A stretch of DNA of 64,000 bases from Candidatus Bilamarchaeum sp. (GCA_035455205.1 DATIFM010000008.1:13146-77145), one strand, 5' to 3'; counted from the first letter of the stretch, positions 29,290 to 38,932 are shown. The notes: a model not told the origin generated them from the sequence alone. Numbers and translations: made by a program.

Positions 29290-30114
29290 TTATAAATGGC
29301 CTTCATCCGCGAGCGCGGCCATCTTGGCACGGGTTTCCTCGTCCGGAAGGGGTTCCTTTCCCGCCCCGGCGTTGTCGAGCATGTTTTTCCGGACTGAAGT
29401 GCCCGGAATCACGCAGGTCACTGCTGGATTGGATAGGATGTATTTGAGGAAGAACTGCGCCCAGCTCCTTATCCCGTAATCCCCGGCCCACCCAGGCAGG
29501 GGTTTGCCCCTCACTTTGCTGAAAAGCGCGCCCTGCCCGAAGGGCTGGTTGATAATGACTGCGACGTTGTTTTCCATGGCCGCGGGAAGGAGGGTTTTTT
29601 CGGCGTTTCTGCCCGTTATGGAGAGGTTGACCTGCAGGAAGTCGATTTTCTCCGAGCGGACTATCTTTTCGAGGGCCGGGTGAGCCGAGTCCACGTAATG
29701 GGTGATGCCGATATAGCGGATTTTCCCTTCCTTTTTCCATTGCCTGAGGGTTCCGAGGTGGGTTTCCCAGTCCAAAAGGTTGTGGATTTGCATCAGGTCC
29801 ATTGTTTTCCTGCGCATTTTGCGCAGAGATTCCTCCATCTGCCGGATTCCGCCCTGTTTTCCTGATGTCCAGACTTTCGTAGCGTAGAAGAATTTGTCGG
29901 AGAGGCCTGTTTCAGCAGTAAGCTCGCCCAGGACTTCCTCGGATTTCCCGTACATCGGCGAGGAGTCGATTACTTTCCCGCCGGTTTCCGCGAGCGTCCT
30001 TAGGACGTTTTTGAGAGGCTCCTTTTCCTTGCCCGTTACGTCGAACTGGAGCCACGAGCCGAGGCCGACTACCGGGATTTGCTCGCCGGACGAGGGGATT
30101 GGGCGCAAAAGCAT
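29290..30114 (-). CDS. Aldo/keto reductase
   Basis: VGLGSW, IDSSPMYG, ATKV, DLMQIHN, GKIRYIGIT, IPGTS. Confidence 0.92.
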   Translation of the reverse strand: MLLRPIPSSGEQIPVVGLGSWLQFDVTGKEKEPLKNVLRTLAETGGKVIDSSPMYGKSEEVLGELTAETGLSDKFFYATKVWTSGKQGGIRQMEESLRKMRRKTMDLMQIHNLLDWETHLGTLRQWKKEGKIRYIGITHYVDSAHPALEKIVRSEKIDFLQVNLSITGRNAEKTLLPAAMENNVAVIINQPFGQGALFSKVRGKPLPGWAGDYGIRSWAQFFLKYILSNPAVTCVIPGTSVRKNMLDNAGAGKEPLPDEETRAKMAALADEGHL

Positions 30115-30137
30115 GGATGGCTTTCGCGGGATTTCTT

Positions 30138-31049
30138 TTATAGCCTGCCCTCGGACTTCAGCCGTTTCAGCTCATCCGGAGGGACGCCGTAGTCGGCAGT
30201 ATCGACCGAATCCGGGATAGGGCCCCGCTTGTACCGCCAAAGCGGCGCGGTGTCCAGGCGGTAGAGGAATTTCCAGCCGGAATACGTCGGGGCGTAGTCT
30301 ATCCTCGTGCAGCCGCGGCTTTTGGCAAGCTTTATTTCCTCGGCCAGCACGACCTTCCGCGTATCCTTGTATCTTGAGTCCACGCCCCAGAGGCAGACGG
30401 ACATCGTTCGCCCGTAGAAGAAATACTGCAGTATCGATGCCGTTTCCCCGTCCTTTATGAGCGACCAGTATTCGGTGCGCGGGTCCCTGTCCAGGATGTC
30501 GTAGCAGGCCGAATCCCCCGGGTCCCCTGTAGCGAAGTCGGACTTCTCCCCGAAAACCAGTATGTTCAGCGCCGCCATCTCCTTCAGCGTCCCTTTTCTC
30601 ATGAACTCATAGCTTCCGAACTGCCTGCACGAGTTCCTGAAGTTCTTCTGGTGCTTGCCGGAGAACCGCTTGAGGTAGTCGTCTATGCCGTTTATGTTAG
30701 TGAGGTCTATGAAGAATTGAGGGCAAAGCCCTTCGAGGCAGCCGTCAAATCTTTCATCCAGGAAATCGAAATAGATGTTTTCCGGTATTTGTTTTGTTGT
30801 CTTCATGAATTCGGGGTCGAATGTGAGGTAGTTCTTCTCCGCGGTAGCCCCGCCCATTATGGAATAGTAGCCGCCCTCGGGCTCGAACTGGAGCGGGAAG
30901 AAGTTTTTCCCGTCATAAAGTATTAGGGGCTTGTAGCCGAATTCCCTGCACAGGGCCACCCTGATGTCCCAGTCGTCGGTCCAGACCTGTTTTTCCGGAA
31001 CGAACCTGTCCCAGACTGGCTTGGCTTCGTCTAATGAGATTTCACGCAT
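30138..31049 (-). CDS. Hypothetical GNAT-like protein
   Basis: YLKRFSGKHQKNFR and I..AK..GC..IDY...SGWK..Y.L patterns of FemAB-like GNATs. Confidence 0.6.
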   Translation of the reverse strand: MREISLDEAKPVWDRFVPEKQVWTDDWDIRVALCREFGYKPLILYDGKNFFPLQFEPEGGYYSIMGGATAEKNYLTFDPEFMKTTKQIPENIYFDFLDERFDGCLEGLCPQFFIDLTNINGIDDYLKRFSGKHQKNFRNSCRQFGSYEFMRKGTLKEMAALNILVFGEKSDFATGDPGDSACYDILDRDPRTEYWSLIKDGETASILQYFFYGRTMSVCLWGVDSRYKDTRKVVLAEEIKLAKSRGCTRIDYAPTYSGWKFLYRLDTAPLWRYKRGPIPDSVDTADYGVPPDELKRLKSEGRL

Positions 31050-31145
31050 CAATTTTCCTTCCTCATCCGGGGTTTAAAGAATGCGCCCTGAGGGAAGAGA
31101 TTTAAAACAAAAGCGGGAATGGATGTCAAAACCGAGGGTTTGACT

Positions 31146-31337
31146 ATGGCAAAAAAAATCGTATGCGAGCTGTGTCAGAAGGAAATCACCGGCAAGCGCA
31201 ATTCCATCCTGATTGAGAGGGAGGGCGACCCGCAGAACGTGATAGAGGATTTGGATACCGTCTGCCAGGGCTGCAGCGAAAAGATACTCTTTTCCATCGA
31301 GAACCTGAGAAAGCCTGAGAAGAAATACCGGCGCTAG
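31146..31337 (+). CDS. Small Zn-finger protein (CxxC...CxxC)
   Basis: MAKKIVCELC...VCQGC. Confidence 0.7.
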   Translation: MAKKIVCELCQKEITGKRNSILIEREGDPQNVIEDLDTVCQGCSEKILFSIENLRKPEKKYRR

Positions 31338-31846
31338 CGTTTCCGGTCCATTATGCCTTCGGTTTTCGGCATCTGCTTTTTGTCCGGGCGCTTCAGCGCG
31401 AGAACCCGGGCCAGCCCCTCAGGGAGCTTGGGCTCGGTGAGAATCTCCTCCTCTATCCATTTCAGGTGGAACAGCGCGAGGAATTCGGAGATGAGCGAGT
31501 CCATGCGGGAGGCCCGCCTTTCCGCCTTCACGGGCTCCAATGAGACGCGCTGGGGGGCGGCAGTGGGGCTTCCGGTAATAAGCACCCAGGAGTCCTGCGC
31601 CGATTCCATGCATTTCTTGCAAAGCCTTTTGCCGTTCAATACGTACACATGCCGGAGTTCCCTGCCGCACCGCTCGCATGTTTCGGAGTACGAGACTGGT
31701 CTGAGCCGCTCTCTTGGAGTTTTGTGGATGATGCGGCTCTCTTCGTCGCGCCTGTTCTGCTGGACGACATGCTCGAAGTAATCATAAGGGAGAGCCACGG
31801 AATGCTCCGTCTCCTGGCCATTTGTAAAATCAGAATTGTTGGCCAT
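31334..31846 (-). CDS. Hypothetical protein with a CxxC...CxxC Zn finger
   Basis: CERCG...LCKKC; GGGAGG RBS. Confidence 0.65.
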   Translation of the reverse strand: MANNSDFTNGQETEHSVALPYDYFEHVVQQNRRDEESRIIHKTPRERLRPVSYSETCERCGRELRHVYVLNGKRLCKKCMESAQDSWVLITGSPTAAPQRVSLEPVKAERRASRMDSLISEFLALFHLKWIEEEILTEPKLPEGLARVLALKRPDKKQMPKTEGIMDRKR

Positions 31847-32001
31847 GCTCTCCCTCCCCTGTTGGTAATATGCAGGTTTGGGCTCTTAATAGGGAGCATT
31901 TCGGCGATGCGAAAGTTATCGAGGCAGCAAAGGGTTATTAACAGGGATTCGGTAGCTTTTTAGGGTGCGGTGCTCGAACACCTCACCTTCGAGGTGTCAA
32001 T

Positions 32002-32121
32002 ATGGCAAAAGCAAGCAGAGGCGGAAGGATGACCGCGGCTAAAAGGCGCGCGGCAAAGGGCAAGGGTGGAAAAGGCATGGTCAAAAACCGCCCGGCAGGA
32101 AAAAGAATCATGAGGACATAG
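32002..32121 (+). CDS. 39-aa highly basic small protein (missed by the ORF track)
   Basis: MAKASRGGRMTAAKRRAAKGKGGKGMVKNRPAGKRIMRT*; GAGGTG RBS at the spacing used by other genes here. Confidence 0.7.
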   Translation: MAKASRGGRMTAAKRRAAKGKGGKGMVKNRPAGKRIMRT

Positions 32122-32253
32122 TCTCATTGTAACCTTATTTTTTCTTTGATATTTTCAGTTTTGGCGCCCGCAACGAGGGAGCCGCAAGTAATACGGAAAG
32201 TAACCTTCAAAAAGGAAAGAAGCGCATTTAAACCTTTGCTGGGGGGTCTATCC

Positions 32254-32508
32254 ATGTCAAGGTACGTCGAAGTCGGAAGTCTGCTAGTCGCTTTGATCGT
32301 CCTCTTGCTGCTGATCATGTTCATCCAGAATCCGATCGCGCTGATAATCAACTCGATCATAGCGATCTTAATCATGTTCCTCCTCAACGCCATCTTCGGC
32401 CTGGGAATCCCAATCAACATAATCACCATCCTGATTGTGGCGATAGGCGGCATCGTAGGCCTCCTGCTGATAATCATATTGAGATTGATGAAGATAGCAT
32501 TCGTCTGA
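32254..32508 (+). CDS. BofA-like small membrane protein
   Basis: LIINSII...LLN..FG.GIPINIIT..IVAIGGI.G pattern. Confidence 0.75.
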   Translation: MSRYVEVGSLLVALIVLLLLIMFIQNPIALIINSIIAILIMFLLNAIFGLGIPINIITILIVAIGGIVGLLLIIILRLMKIAFV

Positions 32509-32509
32509 G

Positions 32510-32761
32510 GTGAGCGTTGTGGCGTTTGGATTGTTCGGGTTGTTGATTGCGCTTCTGATAGTCTACCTGATATTCAGGTTCCTGAAGAACCCCATGTACA
32601 TTATAGTGAACTCGATAATGGGCATCGTGGTTTTCCTTATCCTGAACGTCTTCGGGATTGGCATACCGATAAACATCTTTTCAATCGGGATTGTTGCGCT
32701 AGGCGGCATCCCCGGTGTCCTGCTTGTCCTGCTCATCCATTTCCTCGGGCTCGGATTCTAG
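32510..32761 (+). CDS. BofA-like small membrane protein (tandem paralog)
   Basis: IVNSIMG...ILN.FG.GIPINIFS..IVALGGIPG. Confidence 0.8.
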   Translation: MSVVAFGLFGLLIALLIVYLIFRFLKNPMYIIVNSIMGIVVFLILNVFGIGIPINIFSIGIVALGGIPGVLLVLLIHFLGLGF

Positions 32762-32762
32762 C

Positions 32763-32826
32763 GCCAACCCGGAGGGGTTGGCCAAATAGAGGTCAGTGTC
32801 AACCCCAGCGGGGTTGACAAACTGAC
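32763..32826. repeat. Two AACCC/GGGTT-type hairpins immediately 3' of tRNA-Glu
   Basis: GCCAACCC-GGAG-GGGTTGGC (32763-32782) and GTCAGT-GTCAACCCC-AGC-GGGGTTGAC-AA-ACTGAC (32792-32826). Confidence 0.8.
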
Positions 32827-32829
32827 AGA

Positions 32830-33006
32830 TGCTCCTGCCGGGATTTGAACCCGGGTCCTCAGAGTTCTTCCGCCTTTTGGGAAAAGGCGGCCCAAAACTG
32901 ATTATTGGCGAACCCTCCGAGGGTTCGCAAACAGATAGTTTTTGGGCGCTTTTTCCAAAAAAGCGCTGAGAGTCTGATATCCTTGACCGGGCTAGACTAC
33001 AGGAGC
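32830..33006 (-). tRNA. tRNA-Glu(CTC) with a 102-nt intron at 37/38 (intron 32865-32966)
   Basis: Acceptor GCTCCTG/CAGGAGC, anticodon stem TCAGA/TCTGA, loop CT-CTC-A|C, T-arm CCGGG-TTCAAAT-CCCGG, BHB-like junction. Confidence 0.92.
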
Positions 33007-33040
33007 TAATTAGCCGAGCTAATCTTGGGAATAAACGTTT

Positions 33041-33184
33041 TTAAACAAAGGTTATCCGCGCCCAAGGAGCTTCTTTATGCTCTCGGGCATCTTCCTGCAG
33101 GAGCAATTCTTCGCATGCCCCCGGTGCCACTTGATCCTCTGCTCCAATGTGGGGTTCTTCGGCATCTTGTTCTTCAAATGCCAT
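33041..33184 (-). CDS. Possible small acidic protein
   Basis: 47-aa Glu-rich ORF between the hydrolase and the tRNA promoter; no motif. Confidence 0.3.
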   Translation of the reverse strand: MAFEEQDAEEPHIGAEDQVAPGACEELLLQEDAREHKEAPWARITFV

Positions 33185-33224
33185 TCGGCGTTCATGAGTA
33201 TAAGAGCGGGACAAAGAATAAATA

Positions 33225-34049
33225 TCAGACCCCGAACTTCCGGATGAAAGACAGCACGTCATCGCCCCATATGGACGGATTCATGCAAAACCCGCCATGG
33301 CCTTCCTCGGGGGTAGTCCCGTAAGGCGGGTATATCTTGGCCTCGGCCGGTTCATGCCCGCCCGAGAGCATCTCCGCCGAAAACACCTCCGTCGGTTCTG
33401 TGTGATAGTCGTTTTCTGCTTGCAGGAAGAAAACAGGCACAGTGGAATTAACCACAGCCTGTTTCAGGCGCTCCCGCAGGATTGTATTGCCCCAGGATTC
33501 CGAGTCGCCGGCAAAGTCCACTGCCGCCTTCAGCCCCAGATCGCGCTCGGCCGTGAAAAGGGTCTCGATGCCCCCGTAAGAGCATCCCATGACCGCTACC
33601 CGGTCAGGATAGACGAAGCTCAGGTTCTTCACATAGTATGCGGCAGCCTCAACGTCATCGGCCTGAGCGGCAAGCAGTTCAGTCTGGAGGGCGCTCCTTT
33701 CGCTTTGGCCCGCGGCAGCGGTCAGGTCGCCGATATAAGGGCCTTCGGATAATCCCTGTCCCCGGCGGTGGGGGACGAATGTGACATAGCCTCTCTGGGC
33801 GAAAAATGCCGCGACAGGCTCCTTCGGGCCCGGCATCTCTTCGCTCCCGTGATTATAGATGATGGCGGGGAAGGGGCCGGGGCCGGAGGGCACGAAAAGA
33901 TAGCCCTTGAGCTCGTATGGGCTTGCCGAGTAGGTGACTACCTGGACGGAATAATTCGCTTCTCCAGTCTGGTTTACGGACTGATTGGCCGGAGAAGTGA
34001 TTACGCAGCCGGCCATCAGGAGAACCGCGAATATTGCCAGGTACCTCAT
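33225..34049 (-). CDS. Alpha/beta hydrolase (dienelactone hydrolase/peptidase S9-like) lipoprotein
   Basis: LLMAGC lipobox, YNHGS, RRGQGLSEG, GCSYGG elbow, AEND, EGH. Confidence 0.85.
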   Translation of the reverse strand: MRYLAIFAVLLMAGCVITSPANQSVNQTGEANYSVQVVTYSASPYELKGYLFVPSGPGPFPAIIYNHGSEEMPGPKEPVAAFFAQRGYVTFVPHRRGQGLSEGPYIGDLTAAAGQSERSALQTELLAAQADDVEAAAYYVKNLSFVYPDRVAVMGCSYGGIETLFTAERDLGLKAAVDFAGDSESWGNTILRERLKQAVVNSTVPVFFLQAENDYHTEPTEVFSAEMLSGGHEPAEAKIYPPYGTTPEEGHGGFCMNPSIWGDDVLSFIRKFGV

Positions 34050-34071
34050 ATTTTCACCTGAATAAAAAAAA

Positions 34072-34371
34072 TTAATTAGGCCCGACAATCAGCTCGTCCG
34101 AAATCATGTCCGAATCGTCGTAGTTCTCGACCGAGAGGTCGTCCAAATCCACGAGAATCGAGCTGTTTCCGGATGACGGCTCATCCGGAGGAGGGATTAT
34201 CTCCTCGGGCATGACATCATCCTCCTTCTCCGAGCCGGTAGTCAGGTCCCTGTCGCCGATTTCGCCGGCTGGCTGGGCGGGGGAGGGAGTGGGGGACTTG
34301 TAGGTTCTCCCTCCCACGCAACCCAGCAGCAGCAGAAAGGCCAGGCCGGCAACGAACAAAGCCTTGTTCAT
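34072..34371 (-). CDS. Small acidic lipoprotein
   Basis: LLLLGC signal and an Asp/Glu-rich tail; ATGA overlap with the upstream gene. Confidence 0.7.
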   Translation of the reverse strand: MNKALFVAGLAFLLLLGCVGGRTYKSPTPSPAQPAGEIGDRDLTTGSEKEDDVMPEEIIPPPDEPSSGNSSILVDLDDLSVENYDDSDMISDELIVGPN

Positions 34372-35285
34372 TGGCCCGACCTCAGCGAAGTGACTATCTC
34401 GCGGAGCTTTGCCGCCGCATCCTTCAGGTCGTTCCAGAGGTTTTCGCCCTGGCTTGCCGAGTATTGCTCGTCCCCGACGGAGCCGAGGATGGAGTTCGCG
34501 TCGTCAAGGCTGTCCTGGGCCTCATCAACCTTGTCTCCAAGGCCTGCGGCCCTTGCACCGTCCGAAACGTAGTCGAGGATGCTTTGGAGCTTCTCGCCTC
34601 CGAATTTGGCGGCAAAGTGGAAGTTCTTTCCTCCGGGGCAGCCATCGAACAGGCAGTAGTTCAGGAGCGCGCTCCGGACTTCTGCCGGAGTGTCAGCCGA
34701 ATCTATCGCGGAGTGGAGCGGGTCGACAATCTCGTCTTTGGCATCGGATATAAGGGAACTGAGCCCCTCTGTGGAAACACCCTTGCCCGAAAGGTCGGAT
34801 GCCTGCTCCCCGGCAAGTTCAAGCGCCTTGTCGTATGCGTCGGCCTTCGCGTTCGCGAACCGCTTCATGCTCTCGAAGTTGCACGTGTCGTATTCAGAGC
34901 GCATCGAGTCGTATTCGGACTTAAGCTCGAGCCTCGTCTCGAGGGTGACATTGTGCCTCCCCCTTTCGGAAAGGATGGCCTGGACGCCCTCCCTCATGTC
35001 GGGCATATACGTCCCGATGATGAACGCCCTGAAGCCGGCGGCGTCGCCCGCGTCGGCGAGGTCCTGGAGCGAATCCAAATCGCCGTTCAGCTTGTCCACA
35101 GAATCCTGCAGATTCGTATTATCCGCATGGTCCATTATCGACCCCATGACGCCGGTCATGAAGTCCGTCTTGCATATAACATTGTCCATTGCAGCATCGA
35201 GCCCATCCCCCTTGATGTCATAGAAAGGGCCTTGCGAGAATGCAAACGGAACAAGCAGCAGTAGCATCACGTACTTGGTTTCCAT
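34368..35285 (-). CDS. Secreted acidic alpha-helical protein
   Basis: Signal peptide METKYVMLLLLVPFAFS followed by helical repeats. Confidence 0.75.
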   Translation of the reverse strand: METKYVMLLLLVPFAFSQGPFYDIKGDGLDAAMDNVICKTDFMTGVMGSIMDHADNTNLQDSVDKLNGDLDSLQDLADAGDAAGFRAFIIGTYMPDMREGVQAILSERGRHNVTLETRLELKSEYDSMRSEYDTCNFESMKRFANAKADAYDKALELAGEQASDLSGKGVSTEGLSSLISDAKDEIVDPLHSAIDSADTPAEVRSALLNYCLFDGCPGGKNFHFAAKFGGEKLQSILDYVSDGARAAGLGDKVDEAQDSLDDANSILGSVGDEQYSASQGENLWNDLKDAAAKLREIVTSLRSGQ

Positions 35286-35399
35286 ATACATACCTCCGCG
35301 CAAAGCGCGAACGATATGCACTTTTCGGAACGCAATATATACCTAGCGTGGAACGAGTGGAACAGGCCACCCCGATAGGGCAAAATGAGTGGGAAACAA

Positions 35400-36287
35400 T
35401 CACTGGCTGAGCATGTCAGTGAGTGTAATCAGGTTCCGGTTGCCTTTCTGCGACTTCTGGATGATTCCGCGGCTTTCGAGGGAGGCGAGGCGGCGGGACA
35501 GCGTCGCTTTCGCGATGTGGGTGTTCAGGTAGAGCGTCGCCTGCGTGGTCTTGCCCTTGTTCCGGTGGATTTCCCTAATTATCTCCTTGTCCACCTCGTC
35601 GAGGGTGAGGAAAACCTTGCTGGATTCGATTTCAGGCGGCGCCTGAGCGGGCGGAGCCGCAGGGGGAATCGGTTTTTTACGGACGAAATAGAATAGAGCG
35701 AGGATTGCGATTATTCCGCCGGCCACGAACAGGAGAGTGTAGTCGCCCCCGGTTCCAGCCAGTTCATAGCCCGCCTTCAGCCGGACGTTATGTTTGTTGT
35801 CCACCGAAGGGGCGCTCCAGCTCACGAGGAGGGAGCTCCCGGAATCCGAAACGTCGCCGTTCGTGCTCTTCAGGACCGCCCCGCGCGGGAGCGCGAGCGA
35901 TGCCGAGAAGGATGACAGGTTGACCGAGGAGCCCATCACGAGCTCGAAATTCCAGTCCGGGCCCTCCTTCTTGGTGTACGAATCCGAAACGACCTCGAAT
36001 TGCAGGTAGTCCAGGGGGACATTTGCGTGAATCAGGGTGTAGTTGCCGAAGCTCTCGGCTTCATGGTCGATAATGAGGCCGGTCTTGTCCTTCACGGTCA
36101 CGGATGAGGGTATCCCCGAAACGTTAAGGTAGACGTCTTTTCCTTCCATGCCCGGATATTCAGCGGAAACAGTAAGGGTTGCCGAGCCGGCCGAATCGAG
36201 CGTTGCGTCGGCAGTCATGCTGGCGCAAAACACGAGCTGGGATAGGAGAAGGATAAGGAATGAATAGCGGAAAGTGGAAATGGTCAT
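35400..36287 (-). CDS. Membrane-anchored winged-helix transcription regulator (COG2512-like)
   Basis: Signal peptide, extracellular domain, one TM segment, and a C-terminal wHTH (TQATL...IAKATLSRRLASLESRGII...KGNRN). Confidence 0.85.
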   Translation of the reverse strand: MTISTFRYSFLILLLSQLVFCASMTADATLDSAGSATLTVSAEYPGMEGKDVYLNVSGIPSSVTVKDKTGLIIDHEAESFGNYTLIHANVPLDYLQFEVVSDSYTKKEGPDWNFELVMGSSVNLSSFSASLALPRGAVLKSTNGDVSDSGSSLLVSWSAPSVDNKHNVRLKAGYELAGTGGDYTLLFVAGGIIAILALFYFVRKKPIPPAAPPAQAPPEIESSKVFLTLDEVDKEIIREIHRNKGKTTQATLYLNTHIAKATLSRRLASLESRGIIQKSQKGNRNLITLTDMLSQ

Positions 36288-36964
36288 CTCCTGCGCTTCT
36301 TGGATTTCCGGGTTTTCGCCTTGGCTTTTCTTACGGTTTTTTTCGCTTTGACGGCGTGTTTTTTTACGGCCGTCTTTTTCTTCCGGACAGGCTTTTTCGC
36401 CTTTCGCTCAGGCGCTTTCGGGGATGACTCGGGCCTCGGCGAAAGGTGCGCCACTGCGTCGGAAGCGTGCGAGCGCACGCGGTGTATAAGCGAACTTACT
36501 ATGTTGTGGCCCTTGCTCGCCGAAAGGACGTAGGTGTCCGGGCTTTTGGATGAGTCGAAATGTGCCGGCTCGCCCATTACGGGCCTTTTCGGCATTTCCA
36601 GCGCGGTCTTTATCTGAATCTGGTCTATGGGCGCCTTTGCGGTGAACTTCGGCTCGAAGTTCAGGGCCGGCCGGGCGGCCTTCAGTTCGGGCTTCAATGG
36701 CGCCCGGAAGTCGAAGACGGACTGCCGGTGGGGAAGCGGGGAGAAGCCGGAGGAGCTGCGCATCACCTCGGGCATGAGGAGCTGGGCCTCGGGGTTCCTG
36801 CCATAGACTGAAATGAATTCCATCGCCGCGCTCCGGAGGGCCACCGGACCCTTGTCGGACGCCCATGACTTCAGTTCGCCCCATGCGGCGCGGGCCGGCA
36901 TCCCGCTCCTTGCTATCTGCCTTGCCTGCAGAGCCAAATCCCCCGGAGTATCTTTGGAAAGCAT
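36284..36964 (-). CDS. Hypothetical protein with a Lys/Ala-rich histone-H1-like tail
   Basis: C-terminus KAKKPVRKKKTAVKKHAVKAKKTVRKAKAKTRKSKKRRR. Confidence 0.7.
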   Translation of the reverse strand: MLSKDTPGDLALQARQIARSGMPARAAWGELKSWASDKGPVALRSAAMEFISVYGRNPEAQLLMPEVMRSSSGFSPLPHRQSVFDFRAPLKPELKAARPALNFEPKFTAKAPIDQIQIKTALEMPKRPVMGEPAHFDSSKSPDTYVLSASKGHNIVSSLIHRVRSHASDAVAHLSPRPESSPKAPERKAKKPVRKKKTAVKKHAVKAKKTVRKAKAKTRKSKKRRR

Positions 36965-37025
36965 GAAGAGTATAACTCCAAAAACCTTAATTTATCTATC
37001 TGTCTAGAGCTAATCAGGTGCGCTT

Positions 37026-38483
37026 ATGGATTTCAAGAGGCCTAATTTCACGAAAGTTTCGGATTACATCTGGGAAATAGGGACGGACTACAAGGAAGGG
37101 ATGAGGGTCCCGGCTAGGATTTACGCGAGCGAGTCAATCCTGAAGCAGATGGATTCGCACGTATACGACCAGATAACGAACGTCGCCACTTTGCCGGGCA
37201 TAGTGAAGCACGCATTGTGCATGCCGGACGGGCACAGCGGCTACGGCTTCCCCATCGGGGGCGTTGCAGCCATGGACGCGACCGAGGGCGTGATCAGCCC
37301 GGGAGGGATAGGCTTCGACATCAACTGCGGCATGAGGCTCATACTCACGAACCTGACACTGAAGGACGTCCAGCCGCATCTGAAGCAGCTTGTGAACAGG
37401 CTTTTCGAGCGCGTGCCAGCCGGCGTCGGGAGCAAGGGGTTCGTGAAGCTGGACGCCAACACGTTCCGCAGGGCGATAGAGGAAGGCGCCGAGTGGTGCG
37501 TGAAAGAGGGGTACGGCTGGAGCGACGACCTGGAAGTCACCGAGCTCAAGGGCCGCTTCGAGGGCGCGGACGAGAAGAAGGTCACGAACAGGGCTGTCGA
37601 AAGGGGGAAGGACCAGATAGGAACGCTCGGCTCGGGGAACCACTACCTCGAGATTCAGCATGTGCGGCCGGAGAACCTGATTGACAGGGCGCTCGCGAAG
37701 AAATGGGGCCTTTTCGAGGACCAGATAGTGATAATGTTCCACTGCGGCTCGCGGGGCTTCGGCCACCAGGTCGCGACAGACTACCTCAACGTTTTCCTGA
37801 ACGTCATGGAAAGCAAATACAAGATTAAGATACTCGACAGGGAGCTTGCATGCGCGCCGTTCAACTCGCCGGAGGGCCAGGACTATTTCTCGGCGATGAA
37901 GTGCGGCGTGAACATGAGCTTTGCCAACAGGCAGACCATCGTCCACCGCCTGCGGGAGGTGTTCTCGGAAGTCTTCAGGACCGACGCGGAAAAACTGGGC
38001 ATGAGGCAGGTCTACGATGTCGCCCACAACCGGGCGTCGCTGGAAAAGCACCTCGTGGATGGAGCATGGCGCGAAGTGATAGTCCACAGGAAGGGAGCCA
38101 CGGCGGCATACGGCCCCGGGAGCGAATACCTGATGGAGAGATACCGGGAGGACGGCCAGCCGGTCATAATCGGCGGGAGCATGGAAACGGGCTCCTATTT
38201 GCTTGCCGGGACGAAGGAAGGCGCCGCCACATGGTACACCACCGCGCACGGGAGCGGCAGGACGATGTCCCGTACGGAGGCCAAGAGGAGATGGAAGGGC
38301 GAGACGCTCCAGAAGGACATGGAGAAGAAGGGCATACTTGTCAAGAGCGTATCCTATGCCGGCCTCGCCGAGGAGGCCGGAGGGGCGTACAAGGACATAG
38401 ACGAAGTCATAAACGCCACGCACGAGGCGGGCATCTCGAGAAAAGTCGCCAAGCTGATTCCGATAGGGAACGTCAAGGGCTAG
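37026..38483 (+). CDS. rtcB: tRNA-splicing ligase RtcB
   Basis: MPDGHSGYGFPIGG, GFDINCG, GTLGSGNHYLE, HCGSRG, YDVAHN, HRKGAT, HGSGR, EEA..AYKDI. Confidence 0.96.
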   Translation: MDFKRPNFTKVSDYIWEIGTDYKEGMRVPARIYASESILKQMDSHVYDQITNVATLPGIVKHALCMPDGHSGYGFPIGGVAAMDATEGVISPGGIGFDINCGMRLILTNLTLKDVQPHLKQLVNRLFERVPAGVGSKGFVKLDANTFRRAIEEGAEWCVKEGYGWSDDLEVTELKGRFEGADEKKVTNRAVERGKDQIGTLGSGNHYLEIQHVRPENLIDRALAKKWGLFEDQIVIMFHCGSRGFGHQVATDYLNVFLNVMESKYKIKILDRELACAPFNSPEGQDYFSAMKCGVNMSFANRQTIVHRLREVFSEVFRTDAEKLGMRQVYDVAHNRASLEKHLVDGAWREVIVHRKGATAAYGPGSEYLMERYREDGQPVIIGGSMETGSYLLAGTKEGAATWYTTAHGSGRTMSRTEAKRRWKGETLQKDMEKKGILVKSVSYAGLAEEAGGAYKDIDEVINATHEAGISRKVAKLIPIGNVKG

Positions 38484-38932
38484 TTACCCTTCAATGCGGC
38501 CGCGAAGTCCCTTTCCTTTTTCGGGTCGTCCATGGAGGCGAAATCCTGAATCAGGACGCCTGCCATCACGACGGCATGGTTCGAGTCGGGCTGGAACTTA
38601 GTCACGTTGTCCGCAATCGCATCGATTACGAAGAGCGGGTCGTGGAGATTACCCACTTTAAGCATGACGATGTCGAGGAAGCGGCAGAGGTCGGTGACGT
38701 CGAAGCGCTCGAGCGACACGAGTTTTCTTGCAAGGCCCTCGATATGCTCCCCGGAGCAGCCCATATAGGCAAGCTGGAGGGCGAAAACCTCGAGCTTTCT
38801 CGAAACAACTGCCTTGGCCATCAGCTGGAGCTGGTCCTCGGGGTCATAGAGCTTGTCGAGGAGGACTTCCCGCTCCCGGACCCTGAACCGGATGGAAACG
38901 CTCTCCTTCCTGAGGGGCCCGACTAGCTTCAT
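38480..38932 (-). CDS. Hypothetical protein (paralog of 38933-39388)
   Basis: Shares VL.D, AK, RKLVS..R.D...C.FLD and L..P with its neighbour. Confidence 0.7.
   Translation of the reverse strand: MKLVGPLRKESVSIRFRVREREVLLDKLYDPEDQLQLMAKAVVSRKLEVFALQLAYMGCSGEHIEGLARKLVSLERFDVTDLCRFLDIVMLKVGNLHDPLFVIDAIADNVTKFQPDSNHAVVMAGVLIQDFASMDDPKKERDFAAALKGN

Noticed and set aside
28319..31846. AT-richer gene block downstream of tRNA-Glu, considered as an island
   Set aside because: I found no duplicated tRNA end or mobility gene, and composition could not be quantified.
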